A stretch of DNA of 63,682 nt, counting the filler, from Sphacelaria rigidula (Eukaryota): NCBI GenBank assembly GCA_964200075.2. It is 9 parts of 9 records of this genome, joined end to end, with 100 filler letters (N's around TTAATTAATTAA, not from the genome) between each part and the next. Parts side by side here need not be neighbours in the genome. Positions count along the whole stretch, not along the records: positions 42,525 to 49,510 come from CAXNAA020017073.1; positions 49,611 to 56,596 come from CAXNAA020017074.1; positions 56,697 to 63,682 come from CAXNAA020017075.1; 6 more parts are not named here. One strand, written 5' to 3'. The translations under genes were made by a program, and so were the position numbers. Position 1 is the first letter of the stretch. Each line of letters opens with the position of its first letter. This document shows, one piece after another, positions 46,870 through 60,300 of this stretch. Below the pieces are notes generated by a model. It searched no databases. It was not told the origin of the DNA and worked only from the letters and a program-made list of their open reading frames with translations.

Positions 46870-48497
46870 GTAATTGTGCAATTAGGCCATCGCCTAAATA
46901 GGCATGCGCGTGCCTTCAGGCCATCCTGCAGACTGCGCTACTCGATACAGAGTTTGTTGAGTTTGGGTCCAGCTAATCCCAGTACTGTATTGAAATAAAA
47001 GCTGCATAGCGCGATGTAGAGAGAGCCTGCATTTCGTTCCCGACTATTCGCCGGGGGGCAAGGAATTTCAAGAGGTCGATTGTTCGAAGATAGAATGAAC
47101 ATAGAATGTAAGCGTTGGAGGACAGGGGGGACGAGGATGGGGCTAGTGTATCTGCTGTGCTGTGTATACCTCGATGTCAGTGTTGCGTCTGGAGTCTACA
47201 CTTGAAAACTGGACTACCTCGTCTCCCCTGCCTTGTGGGTGTTGCGCGGGTTTAGCAGTGTTTCGGAATATTTATATTGCTTCGCAATGTCACTAGTGTT
47301 TCACAGTGTTTGAGTTGGGGAGTGTTCAGCAATTTTGATAATATCGCAATATTTGTTGTGTTGTTTCGATGTTGGTTCCGAACATATATGACGTCATCGC
47401 TGTCGGAATGGAGCACGATTTTGTATGTGGTGGAGACACTACTAGATGTGCACGGTACACAGTAGTGCAATCGAAAATTGATGGCCTCGAATTGGGACTC
47501 AATCTTCTTTCGTTCTGGAGAAGTGACGATGGAAGCCGATTTCCATCACCGTATAGTGGGGTTCCACTCAGATAGTTCTGTGTTGAATTGGCGACACTCC
47601 CGCAGTACGATTTGTTCGGGCTGAGAGCACCCGACTTCCGCCATACTGCAAGGTTCCACTAGTATTATAAACTGGACATACGTCATACTGTAGGGTTCCA
47701 ATAGATGTACCTGGCAAATAGGAGGTGTTGATTATTAGGAGGATATTCATGTGTGGAACACGGGTTCGTCCAATATATAAATACAGCGTTGCGTACGGGT
47801 GGCTGTGGCATTACGTTGAATGGCGGGGTTGTGAATACATCTGGTCGCTGCGTTCGGTTGAATAACGACCAATGTGAACTGTCGATGGATAAAGATGAAA
47901 TGTTAAGATGCTTAAAGTTAGATATCGAACTGGTGCGCAGGAGTTGAGGAGTTACTAGTGAGTCTTGATACATATGGCTACCATGTAGGGCCACATTGAC
48001 CATCTGCGTTTTGGATCCACGTTTTCTTGGAAATCGTATAGTAGGAGCCAACACAAAAATCCCTGCAAGTATTTTCCGAGCATCTCTTCTTCACGTCCGG
48101 CTTCTAGCTGAATGCGGATGAACGGGTCCACAGCGAAAGAGACCTCCAGTCACTGGCTTTATTTGCTGCGTTCACCAATGTTTTGGTTTTGACTTTGTTC
48201 GATTCCCGTTGCGTCTATTCCATATCGCTGAGATGATCTTGTGTATCAACAAACCCCTGATTCACCAAGGGCTTGACCTTGAGCACGTGTGCGGCTCAAC
48301 TCATTTAGCAGTTGAAGTGTCTAGCAATTTCCTTATACAAGAGTATCGATCGCGGAAAATATTGAATTTTGACTGTTATCGACTGTCGAGAAAATATCGA
48401 GTACTCCACACGGTCTTGCGTTAGCGGGTAACCTTCATGTGGGATATCATTTACATGTAGAGCATCCACAATTGGTATCAATGTCAATCTGTGATGA

Positions 48498-48710
48498 TCA
48501 TCTGGGATATGGACACAATAGATGGAGTTCCGACATGTCCGTGTTGCAAATGGACAGCAGATAGACATATCGATTAGCCATTACAGATGGATACCAATAC
48601 TTCAAATTGACGTCCCAGATGGCTGTCCACGTTCGAGACCAATGCCCATATCCCAGATGGATACCCATATCCCAGATGGGTGTCAAAGGTTGATTCGATA
48701 TCCCGGATGG
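48498..48710. repeat. small inverted/tandem repeat element
   Basis: CATCTGGGATATGG on the left versus several CCATATCCCAGATGG-like copies on the right. Confidence 0.6.
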
Positions 48711-49510
48711 AGACTACACGAAAGTGCAAGGCTGCTATAATCTACAGTACCTGAAGTATCAACTGCTGAAAAGAAAGCGGAGACCATTGGGGCTAGCACC
48801 CCAATAGAAATTGCCAGGTGGGCGTCGGCAGGAGTCAAATTTGAGCAAAAACGCATCCTGTGCGCGATGGCGAGCACCTATGACAGTGAGCCCCTCCTAC
48901 AGATCCGAACATGAAGGTTCACATTGAACCGAAGTGTTTATTCAGCCGTGAAAATCGGTGATCATCTCGTAATAACTCAACTGCGTACCTATCATGCGTA
49001 ATCTCAGTCTCGGTGATAAATTGGGTAGCTGGTCCAAGGCTGTTGCTATCTCTCTCCGTGCAGATATCATTTCGTAATCATGTTGCTGTCAGATGGCCCC
49101 CGTAGCTGCTTGCGCGTTATACCGCGTGTTGATTTCACCTAGAAACGTGTTTTCGAGGTATTCGTGCGAGACGTCGCCGGTTCCCTTTGAGACCCGCTCA
49201 CGGCATGACCTCCCGCAAATACCAGGGGCGGACTTTGCAGGTGTTACTTGATTCACGCCATCATCTCTTCGTGCATGGATACTGTTACCCCCTATACTCG
49301 TTCAGTGGTTCCCGGGGGGGGTGCGCGCGCGCACGGGGGGGGGTGATTCCTTCTCTGTCCAAAACATTTCCCCCAAGCAGATGGTCAACATTTTGCAACC
49401 ATTTTCACTCACGGTCTTGACCCCATATAGGGTGTATCTTCATTTTTTGTACTGTAGCCAAAATACACCAAGGCGTAGTTGATGTAGCATGTAGGATCCT
49501 GGATGATTAC

Positions 49511-49610
49511 NNNNNNNNNNNNNNNNNNNNNNNNNNNNNNNNNNNNNNNNNNNNTTAATTAATTAANNNNNNNNNNNNNNNNNNNNNNNNNNNNNNNNNN
49601 NNNNNNNNNN
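49511..49610. other. artificial contig linker
   Basis: N44-TTAATTAATTAA-N44. Confidence 0.98.
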
Positions 49611-52130
49611 TGCTGGAATGCGCATGTTGGCGCAAATGCCCTTGCTTATTCCTGCTTTGTAGTATCTCGCCCACTGCAATTCGAGAGGTGACGGGTACTT
49701 GCTGTTGTAACGCGAAGTTGCTTTGCACAGCAACGCAGAGTAGCTTGTTATCAACGTACACAGGCAGTGGTGACTGCACATTTTTTCCGATTGTTGTTGG
49801 TGTACAGAGGCGATGCACAAATATCCCACCTGTCCAGTCTCATAGTTTCCTCCTCTTATCTTGTTATTAATGCACACAGGCAGTAGTGACAGCAAACGTT
49901 ATGGCTGTCTTCGGTCTATAAAAGGCAGTGCATCGAACATCGAAAATGCCGCGCTTGAGGCCCTGGCTTGTGCGTTCGATAGCGTAGACACGACACAGCC
50001 GATTTTGATCAGAGCAAACTATATGGTTCGTGGTACTCTAAATTGGGAGAATGAATTGCCTCTTGTATACGAGCACATACAAGAAATCAGCACCCCATGG
50101 CAGGACGGAAGATACATACACACACCCTTCAAAACGAAGCTTGTCCCATGTTGCATTGTTCACATATTGTTCTTAGTATTCATAGTCAGTTACCAAAACA
50201 TCTTTGCTGTCTCCCGACTGTGAAAAAACCAAGGACCGCAATAAAAATTGGGCGCACCGGCTTAGCTTATCCGCTGGTCCCAGCACTCTGACATGAAACA
50301 GACGCGTCAAACTTTTCGGTGACCGCGTTGAGCGTTTCGGTGGCCGCCTTGTGTTCTTTCTCAGCCTTCTCCGCGCGTTGAGGCGCCGCCTTAACCTTGC
50401 GCTCGGCCGCCAGGGCACAGGTCAAGTCTTGACCGGTTCTTTCCTTGTACTCCGCCCATGCTTCGCGGGATTTCGATTTTCTCTTGAACTTCGAAACACC
50501 GTGCTTCTGAGAATTTCCCATTTTTCACCTCCGCAAAAGCTGCTGGTCCTCAACCCACAACAGCCGACTTTTCAACTCTATTTTCTCGGCAACCAGGTAG
50601 AGGATTCCACGGCGGTTTGGTGCGTGCGCTTCCCATACACCGGAACTGTCCAGTGTGGCCACAGCTTTCCGTACGCGTGCCCAGCACTTCAGAAACCGCT
50701 GCACCAAATACAAGATGTTCTGAAAAACGCGTTTTCCGCAACGTTCTGGGACTTTTTGGACCCCCTGTGGCGAATGGAGCAAATCTTCTTCCGCTGCTGT
50801 ATAGGTCTAGCGTGTGTGCTGGGGGCTGTGAAGTTCCAGAGGCCGCTATGCTTCCTGTCTCGAGATAATTGCGATGAAAAAAATTACATCTGTCGCATAC
50901 TAAACCTGGGTAACTTGGGATGGAGCGTGTGTCATCTTCGGCAGAGGTTCGGCAGAGGTTCGGCACAGGTCCGACCAGTCTACGTCTTAAATACGTCTTA
51001 AATACGTCTTCAATATCCGTCCGCATTCAATTTTGTTTTTATGGGCCCCGGAGTTTTGGTCGGTAAGGCCTTCATTCACCCCGATAACAGTATCTCGGTT
51101 TTCAATGTTCTGTGTACAGTACAGACGCGGAGCATCGCAACGAAAGCTCGAATTCAATCGCAGATCCCCGATATTGCAGCGGTCCAGCGCAGGACCATCG
51201 CTTTGGAATCTCGAATATATGCTGTCAACCTCGCTTTTGTTGAGGTTGGTTCATTCACCACACGCAATTTTTGCAGAGATTTTGGTATCCGCTAAAACCT
51301 TCCACCGCAGATGTCGATCATTTGTTAAATCGGCGCCGCTTTCACTCAAAGATGACTGCGATTTGTTGGATCGGATCCGCCTTGAGTATGTTCCAATGGA
51401 CCAAAAGCCAACAGTTGTATTGCATTTGTGTTCCCTCTCTCTTGATTTTCGTTTCCTTTGTTTCTTTTCTTCTTTTCCCCCCCTCTCTCTCAGGATGGTT
51501 GTGTTCGGTCTCTCCACTGCTTTTCGTCTTTGTCTGTTCTCGAGTTTTCCTTCAGTAAGTGCTGTTTCCATGTACTTGCCCTGGATACATTCATCGTTTG
51601 ACCGCGACTGAATTATTATTCGCAGCAGGGTACATGTGCGGCAGGATTTGAATAAATCGATGAGTGCCATACTGCTCTGTGCCCGTGTATACCGTAATGC
51701 ATCGCTAAAGAAACTCCGGAGTATGATTATTGGTAACCTCTTGTTGGTTGGAAGATGACTTTTCTATGGGTTGAGGGTGCAGAGAATCTGATGTTTTATA
51801 TTCTTGCCATTTTTTGCCAACTTAAACTCAGGATATCTCGTCCCCAGACAACTTTCGGTAAGATAACTGGAATACATGGACGCATTTTTGTTTTTCATGC
51901 TTCGATATTTGCGGCTGACTTTCTCTTTTAAAGGGGGTCATTTTCCATGAAGCGCGGCTGGAACCTCCGGGCAACTGCGGACAACTAGTAAGGACCTTGC
52001 AGCACCGTTACCCATATTCTGCAGGATGAACGTCTCGTGAGGCGCAGAGGAGAAAAATGTACAGAAGTGAAAGAGAAGTGGAGTGTGTGTTTGAACGACC
52101 TAAAATGCACGAATGATGCTGACATATAAA

Positions 52131-52404
52131 ACTCTAATCGTGAGATTCAGAGTGCAGTTTCAGATTCAGAGTCAGGATTTCAAACGGAAGAACTGTTTTC
52201 TTTGTGGTCGATTATTATGCGAAACAGTTCGCGTCACTGATCCGCCAACATTGGAGGCTACGAAAACACGCACGTTCATTACTCGGATTGGTTGATTGGT
52301 GACGCGAACTGTTTTGCATAAGAATCGACCACGAACAAACAGTTCTTCCGTTTGAAATTCTGACTCTGAATCTGAAACTACACTCTGAATCTCACGAATA
52401 GAGT
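52131..52404. mobile_element. foldback MITE with ~112-bp arms
   Basis: ACTCTAATCGTGAGATTCAGAGTG...AAACAGTTCGCGTCAC pairs with GTGACGCGAACTGTTT...CACTCTGAATCTCACGAATAGAGT. Confidence 0.85.
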
Positions 52405-52576
52405 CTTCTATGGAGTATGAAATGTGAAATAAAATGAAGGCATAATAGAATGGACATGGAGAACTATATTTCCTCATGAACACACTTCGCTTTTTTTCGA
52501 TTCTGCCTGCTCTTTGCCTTTCGATGAACGCAATCAACGGGAACGATTGGACCATACGGCCGGACGAACACAACAG

Positions 52577-52726
52577 CCAACCCGGCCCGGCCTTTTGGGG
52601 ACAGAACCGGTGAATCTATGCCCCCTCACGGGGGAAGTCGCGGACTGCAGGCACTGGTCAGAGCCTGGGGTGGTGGAGGAGTGGAACAAACTTATGCTCA
52701 ACCATTTGTGCCCAGCGCACGAGTGA
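52577..52726 (+). CDS. probable terminal exon of a TBL/PC-esterase (SGNH-like, DxxH) protein
   Basis: aacag|PTRPGLLGTEPVNLCPLTGEVADCRHWSEPGVVEEWNKLMLNHLCPAHE*; resembles the TBL C-terminal DCxHWCxPGxxDxWNxLL motif. Confidence 0.65.
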   Translation, partial: PTRPGLLGTEPVNLCPLTGEVADCRHWSEPGVVEEWNKLMLNHLCPAHE

Positions 52727-55700
52727 GACATGTTGCCGACTCCTATTCCTGAACTTGTACACTATTGATGTTCGTGTAAAATCTTCATTGTAGGGTGACC
52801 GCACATATTTTTGGGAATGTGGATGCATGTGGGTCAGCCACGCGTAGGGTTGTCACGTATTTTGCGATGACGTAGCATCCGTGGCATCCATCGGTAGACT
52901 GTGCCTTGGTTGGAGACGCTTTGGGTGGGGTGCGAGTGTTTTCCAGAAACACGCCGTTATCTCTTGGAAAACTGCAGCAGCGTCGGCCTTAGCGGTTGCG
53001 TATTGAAACGCATGACGTCTCCGCAAAAGACCGTTTTTCCGACGCCACGACTGTGTCTGTTTGTGGTCAGTGTTGTCCTACATAGCTTTTGCGATACTGT
53101 CATGGGGAAAAGTGTATCGGCTGCAGGGCGGACTTACGGCGCCCTGCGTTGGTAGTGGTATATTGGAAGCAAGTCCGTCGTAGCTGGAAGAAGATAACAG
53201 GGTGACGATGGTGAATGTGGGGAAATTATTGGAGGATAGCTCCTGAAGGGAAAATACGAAATTGTGATGTTTCAGAAGCAATTTTATTTGGATACTCCGT
53301 GGGGTAATGGAGCCAAAGCTGGCGCTCGTGAGCCGTATTTGCATTGTGAACAAATTTGACTGTCGGCCGGTGTTGTTGCGTGGCGTCGTGTGGCGTCGCG
53401 CGATTGTTGCCTTGAGCATTAGAGTCTGGCCATCACCGAGTAATGAGGCTGGATGGATCGAGCTACGACCGACAATCGGTCGACATCCTGACTGGTGGAG
53501 TAGTTTGACTGATTTTCTTTTTTTTGGCCTGTTAATTAACCCCCGAGGGATTCAGCCCCGGTCTTTGTCCAGCCATGGTCGTTATCCATATGATGGACGT
53601 ACCCAAGATGAACAAAACCGAAACAAGCACTGAAGAGAAAAGGGAAGGAAACGAGAAGGTGAAACAACGGAGTAGACTAGATAAGTAGTGTATTGAATAA
53701 TATGATGGTTTGCGTGTTGATTGTTGGCGATCTTTTCGCACTGGCGCGTAGCCGTGCGCTGGCCATAACCGGTCGCCAAGTTTTTGTGAGACTTTCAAGT
53801 ATAATAGTGAAGTAACGTTTGCTTCGGAAGCGTGGAATCAGAATCGCTCATATGATAACAGTCTATTGTACGCAAAGGCGCGTCGACTACCGCGATAGAT
53901 ACGTTGATTTGTGGAAACGCGTAAATCTTAAAACTTTGCGGTTTCGAAGTATTTGTATCGATATCTGTTCTCGCCGAAGCCTTTGTTTCGAAAAGATGGA
54001 CATGCTTTGCTCGTTTTCTCTCGATATCTAGAAGAGAAATGACGTGCCTCAGGATAATATGTCCTGTTTGTACCGCAGTTACACTCTTTTCCGTACCATG
54101 GCAATGCTTGGTTTCGTGGTTGATGTGCTGTTTGGGATTGGTGAGTGCAGTGCTGGATTCACTTTGCCGGTGGCCTCATAATTATGACTCTAGTTCAGTG
54201 TGGTTTGTCTTTCGACTCGTCAACGCGGCATTTTGTGCTGTAGTGATATGGCAGGATATGTCTGGAGAAGATGCACTCAACGCTTTTCTGTAAATGAAGA
54301 GCAGGTGGATTAGGGTCGGAGTTGGGATTTCGAGTTGTATTCGTGGGTTTAGTGATATTTTAAGTCTTCCACTAGTTATGATTTGCGGCCTCCTCACAGA
54401 GCAGCAGGGTATCACTGAGAGAGAAAATATACTGGAGGGTGTAGTATTGTGTTCTGTATAGTTTGTTTCGTGTTGACTTGGCGTGGACTCTTTTTGAAAA
54501 GGCCCAACTTTTCGGTGTGTGTGCACGAATAATCACCGAGTGTAGTTTTCCTTTCCCCATCGAGACCGTTTCCTTTCGTTCGTTTTTCTCCTTTCTCCTC
54601 CTGTCCCTTCTGCCTGGTTTCGTTCTTGTTGTTCGCATATGTGCCTTTCAACTACTACTCCTTTTGTTTTATGTTTTTGTTTCTTCCATTGATATTTTTC
54701 TGCTGCAAGCTTTCCCCTTCTGTTTACCTTCGGTACGTCCAACCTGGTCACCACGGCTTGGTCCCTCGAGGATCAGTTAATACTTTAGTATAGTTGATTT
54801 GCTACAGTGAAACACGCCCGGAGACGGCTGGCGAAATGGCGAAATGGCGAAATTTGCCGGAGGGGGGGGAGGGGGGTCCTGGGCTCGTTTCCCTTGTTCT
54901 TTGTTGCGTATCTACAACAGTTTATCCGTAAAAGGCATGATGGTGAAGTGCCTCCAACAAATATAAATTTCCATCTTCGGGGTTGAGTGACGTACGGTGT
55001 TGTATACTCGCGGCACGTCGCGGGAGACGAAAGCTGTTGTACGGCAGTGGTGAAATATATGCATCCAAAAATATTTATGTGGTATGTATGTTTCGTGCAT
55101 ATCGACGTGATAGATCCACTCGAGGAACGCAACTTGATTGACTTGATTGATTGTTTGGGTGGCGTCCATTAACTACTAGTAATCTACCGGAGAGAGGTGG
55201 GTTGATCCCGTGAAACCACGAAGTCGTCCTGATGAAGGGGAGGGGTTTAGAGTGTAACAAAAAAGTGACCTTGCGCTCAGTCGAAATTCGGCGCGTTGGT
55301 ACTCTACCGCTGTGCTGCTTTCACAGTTTCAGATAGGGTAGGTGGGGTCTTTGTCGCATGTAGAAACACTTGTTAGGGGATTGTTGGTTTCGACATGTGT
55401 TTTTGTGCTCAAAACGATGGGAGCGCCATTTGTTTTGCTCCTGCCCCGACATAACGAGGGCTTTTGCTGCTTGTGGGAACGGCGAATGCATATCGTTGGT
55501 AAATTTCAAAGCATCTTGTCCTTTGTGGCCCAACACAGTATTTCTCGGTACCCACGAGGTGTTGTTCGGGCTCGAAGTGTTGGATCACAGGCTAAGCGTT
55601 TGGATTTTTTCCTGCTAGGGTAGGTCGTCTGTTGAATCGACATCAAAGTCGCTCATACATAAACTATGTGACCCAGATGGCCCACTCTGGTGACGGAAGG

Positions 55701-55864
55701 GTTGAGTCGCGGTCGTCATGGTGATAATACTGTGTCTTGAGGTCGGGATCTCCTGTGGCCGTGATTGCCCAATGAATAGGGGACGCACGCGGAGGGAACG
55801 TGGCGTCCCACATGGTTTGTGGACTGTATTAGTACAAGAAGAAATGTCCGACTTTATTTGACGA

Positions 55865-55972
55865 GGGTCGACGCGGTATGGGACGGCTGACCCAATCCGC
55901 GAGACGAATATGTAGGGAGATGGGTTGATCCCTTGAGACCACGGACTCGTCTGAGGAAGGGGAGGGGTTGAA
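55865..55972 (+). mobile_element. SINE family B core + 3' block fragment
   Basis: GGTCGACGCGGTATGGGACGGCTGACCCAATCCGCGAG...GATCCCTTGAGACCACGGACTCGTCTGAGGAAGGGGAGGGG. Confidence 0.7.
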
Positions 55973-56596
55973 AATTTGACGAAAGAGGATCGTCTTGTGT
56001 TGGGAATTTGTTTTCGAAGGGTGGCGAGTATCGCTTTTTGTTTGGGAATTATTTTTTCGTTAGTCGGAGGGCGTGGACAGAAGGGCGTGCAGTGTAGCAA
56101 AGGGTTAATGCTAATCTAGCAGCAAATAGTAAGTCCGCGTGGTGTCATTTTATCTCAAAGTTTAAGCAGTTGTACTCGTGTTTTGTTGAGCAGGGCGTAT
56201 CATGTATTTAATCTCGACCCTTTGACCTCCAGCTCTCCCCAGATCGCCGGACATCACCCATGGTCAAATTCGACTTCGGATTTGTTTTCTTCATGTGGCA
56301 CAACACACGCCTTTTTATCTCAAAATATGGGTGTTGGTTACACTGCAACTGATATACGATGGCCCCTAACCGTCTTCTCTGGCCAAGCCACGTGGGCGAA
56401 CGTTTCGGTATGCATGGTGAGTGGGTGGTGAATGCTGCCATGCAAGCAAGTGGTGCACACTGGCCACCACTACACAAGCAAGAGACTCTCCGCCTTGGTA
56501 TAGTGATCTTGGTACTTCAAGCTATTAACAGCCAATTATATATTTTGGGGTTCAAACAAAATATGGGGCTGAAGTGGCATATCTGCCTTGCACGGA

Positions 56597-56696
56597 NNNN
56601 NNNNNNNNNNNNNNNNNNNNNNNNNNNNNNNNNNNNNNNNTTAATTAATTAANNNNNNNNNNNNNNNNNNNNNNNNNNNNNNNNNNNNNNNNNNNN
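56597..56696. other. artificial contig linker
   Basis: N44-TTAATTAATTAA-N44. Confidence 0.98.
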
Positions 56697-59599
56697 CTTT
56701 CGAGTTACTCGTCTCCCCCACTCATTTCCAGAGTGTGTGCACTGGGGTCCTTAGCAGTCAACTCCAAACATTCCATCTTAAACCGTCAAATGCCTCAGAT
56801 GCTGAAGAACAGCAAAACTCAGCCGAAAAACGGCAAATTTTACAAAGAGAAGAACGGGGGTGGCATGAAAAACCCTGGAAAAAACATCATTTGGGATACC
56901 TGACATGATCTACTTGGGCGTAACGTAATATTCTTGGGGTTTCGGAAGGGACGTGTGAACTCTCAAATCGATGGCCCCTTCGTTCAAGTATTTGTCGAAG
57001 GTATTCCTTGTGCGTGCATCGACCATATTGTAGTACTGACTTGTTTGTGAGCTCAAACATAGTTTACTGTACTTGATATGTAGGGCTTGTCGTCTGTCAA
57101 AAGAGTCGAGGGTGAACATGGACTTGTTCCTTGCCGAATTCAGAGTTGCCGGGTGACTGGTCTACCATTGCGGGTTTTTCAAGATACAAGGATGTGGTAT
57201 GGCCATTTGTTTGCTTGTTCCCTAATGTCATAACGCAGGTTTGAGTACGATAGTGACGCGGACGGCTTTTGAGGTGATCCTACGATGGACGGGCACCGTT
57301 TGCTCGAGCTGTTTGTGGGTGAACAGGCTGTCACGCGATGTGAACACATGTGTTGACATAGAGAGCACCGAAACAAAATTTGGTGGTTGAAGTGTCACCT
57401 AAACGTGACTCCTTTGATCAAGAGGTGCTTCAACGCTCCCACTACGTGGCGGGTTCCGCGCTAAAACTTAATATGTTTTTGGGCGGGGTTCCGTGAATTC
57501 TCACCATCTCCACCCCATTTCTCGAAACAAAATGGCATGGTCCTGTGATGAAGTTATATATTATGTTGAGTAAACTTTGAGGGGAAAATTCCTTCGTCTT
57601 GCCCAGGTTTCAATGAATGCTAGTATATCCCTATGGCTAAGAATCGAAACGCAGAATGCGGGGATGGTACCGAAACATCCCCGGATTTGAAAACGGCTCG
57701 AGTGAAGCTGACAACTTCCTGTTAGGATAATATTGGGGCGGGGATCACGAACCCAGTGTCGGCTTTTCATCATTTTGATCTGGCGCAAAGTTGTAGCGAT
57801 ACATGTCGCTTGTCGTTTTATCGCCGCCGCTAAACAAACCACCTGTTGGCATACCTATATTAACACAAATCCCCCGACATACATGATGGAGTTTCCGTCC
57901 GTGGCGCACCGTGCGTTGGTCCAAACCAGCATACGTAATGCGAAGGCACTCGCCTCCTCCCGTAACAGCTGGGCCCTGCGGCCCAACCTGAGACCGACTC
58001 ATTACAGCGCACTTCCCAGCGTGGGTTTTTGTCTGATCAATAATCTGAGTGGCTCTACGCCCCCCCCCCCCCTCCCCAAATCGGCCAAGCGGAATCGATT
58101 GGAGCAAGGTTCTAAAACAAAACAAAATTCGGGAATACAATGCGGCGAAAAAGTAATTCAAGGCGAAGATGAGCTTCTTTTTTTCAACCTTTCGTTGTAT
58201 ATCGTTTTCGGCGTTCGAGAACGAACAACGAAGTCGATTTTCATTTTTGTATTTTTGGCAGTGGAAGAGGACATTGAGTTTAGCGCGGAACCCGCCACAT
58301 GTAATATATTTGATGGTCCAGCAGAGCGATTGTCTTCTCTCGCTGGTCGCCCGCCTTCTCACGGACAACGCTCAGAAGCTGGTATGCCTTGTTTCGAGGC
58401 GCCTGTGGAAAATGGAACGATGGCCCGTGAGATTTGCAGCGCTTTGCTTTGGGAAACAATGATGCCAATGGTAGTAGTGGTCTTCATTGGCAGAACAGTC
58501 GAGGGCAGGAGGCTATTGCATCGATCTGGCTCGTATACCTGTGTACGTCAGTTAACCTCCTCTCACTTCGGGCACTGAATAGTAGCAAAGGAAGGGTTTG
58601 ACTACACCGTCACAGGAACGCACCTCCTGCATCATATCGTTGAAAGACATGTTGTCGTGCGAGTTGTGGTGGATTTGTCGGGCGCACTCTTCACTTTTCC
58701 TCCCTCCGTAGCCGATATGATACAGACAATCCCCCCGAACCTCCTCAAAATTTAGTTGTGTTTTCGAAGCTTGCGGTACACGCTGAACATCCTCTGCAAG
58801 CCGGGCTGACTGGAAGATGTGCCCAAAGATTCAAAAGGTTTCGTCGCAGTGCTGCGCCTAGTGTCACGTTATTTAACACCCCCACACAACGAAATCGAAG
58901 TGCCGTCGAGTCTAGAAAGTACAGCGAGAAGCTAGCTGTTGGAGGGCACTGTAACATGTTTTTGTCTCTGAAGATTTATTCAGATGATGCAAAGTGGCTG
59001 CAAGGCCCAATCGCGTCACTGGGCGAATATAAAAGCCGGGCAGCTTCATTCGAGGTCAGGTAGAAGGCACGCGTCTATGGAAAAGAGTGAGACAGAGCGG
59101 GTGTGGTTATTTCTCATCTCATGAAAGCACGCGGACTGAAATGATCCACCTCAAAGCGCGTCGTAGATGATCAGAATAACTCAAGATAAGACATATATCC
59201 AGTTCATATCTTGCTGAGCTTACAGAGGGCGAATGCATGCCGTTATTCACTATACTTGGCGATGCGGTCGAAAGATATGCTTTCAAAACTGACACCGTTA
59301 CAATTCGTGTTTACGAACCGTAACAAGATCTGCCGCATCGTGTCCCCTACACTTGCATCACAAGTGCAACCAAAACATCAAACATGCATTTAGACTTCAT
59401 TACCTGTGCTTCCTAAATAAAGGAAGCCGCTTCGGGGATATATAGATACACACATGTTTTGCGGCTGACCTTTAGAAATATTTTAAACCACGTATATTCA
59501 CCACAGCACACAGACGGAAGGTGGGACTGACGCGGCGGTGAAAGAGCGGACGCCACAGAACCGAAGGCGTTTTCTATGCTGGTCTCCACTCCAAGATAC

Positions 59600-60300
59600 T
59601 GTAACCGCTGTAACGGCATTTGTCGACGTCCAGATGGAATCCGAGGCTGTGTGCGTATGGATAGCAGGGAGTCATCGAACTGGTTCGAAATCAGACAGGT
59701 GCTCCAACAAGGGTGCGTGCTGGCCCCACCTTATTCAACATTTTTTTGCCGTCGTCCTGATCACGGCGAGGCGGACGATTTACGAGACGAAACGGTGTTT
59801 GATGACATGGTGCCAATCACAGACCGGAAGAAGAATGGGGGAGGAGGAAGAAGGGGGTGACACAAGCGGGTGTGAGGGTATTTCATACCGTAGTCATACG
59901 ACCATTGATCCTGGGGTGGTGGGCATCGCGGGGTCGAGGCCACAATGAGGGCAAGGTCGGTCGTACAGCAGCCCGACGAGACGGGGGTTGCGGGCGATAA
60001 AATACAAGAATTGCTCTCAGAGCCAGCAGGTATGGTGGACGCCCACGATGCCGGCACTGCGTCAAGGTCACAGGCGAGCCTTGCAAAGATGACGGCGGTG
60101 GCTGTGAGGCCGTGCGAATTACACGCCCTAGCCGTGTCAGAGGACAAGGTGAAAGCTGCGTACCCGCCTACACCGCGCAAAAAGCGGATACAACAAGTAA
60201 CAGGGCCGCGGGTCAATCGTATGCCCCAGCAGAGAGCTTCGTGTACATCCATCGAAGGAGTGGCCGAGCTCAAACGTCGGACCCCACTCGCGTAGTCGCA
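59600..60300 (+). mobile_element. degenerate RTE-clade LINE reverse transcriptase fragment
   Basis: DGIRGCVRMDSRESSNWFEIRQVLQQGCVLAP (QG motif) and, after frameshifts, GMVDAHDAGTASRS...LAVSEDK (decayed YADD region). Confidence 0.8.

Noticed and set aside
57733-58578. 281-aa ORF
   Set aside because: Runs through a dispersed repeat (shared with ~24670-24740) and has no protein-like motif.
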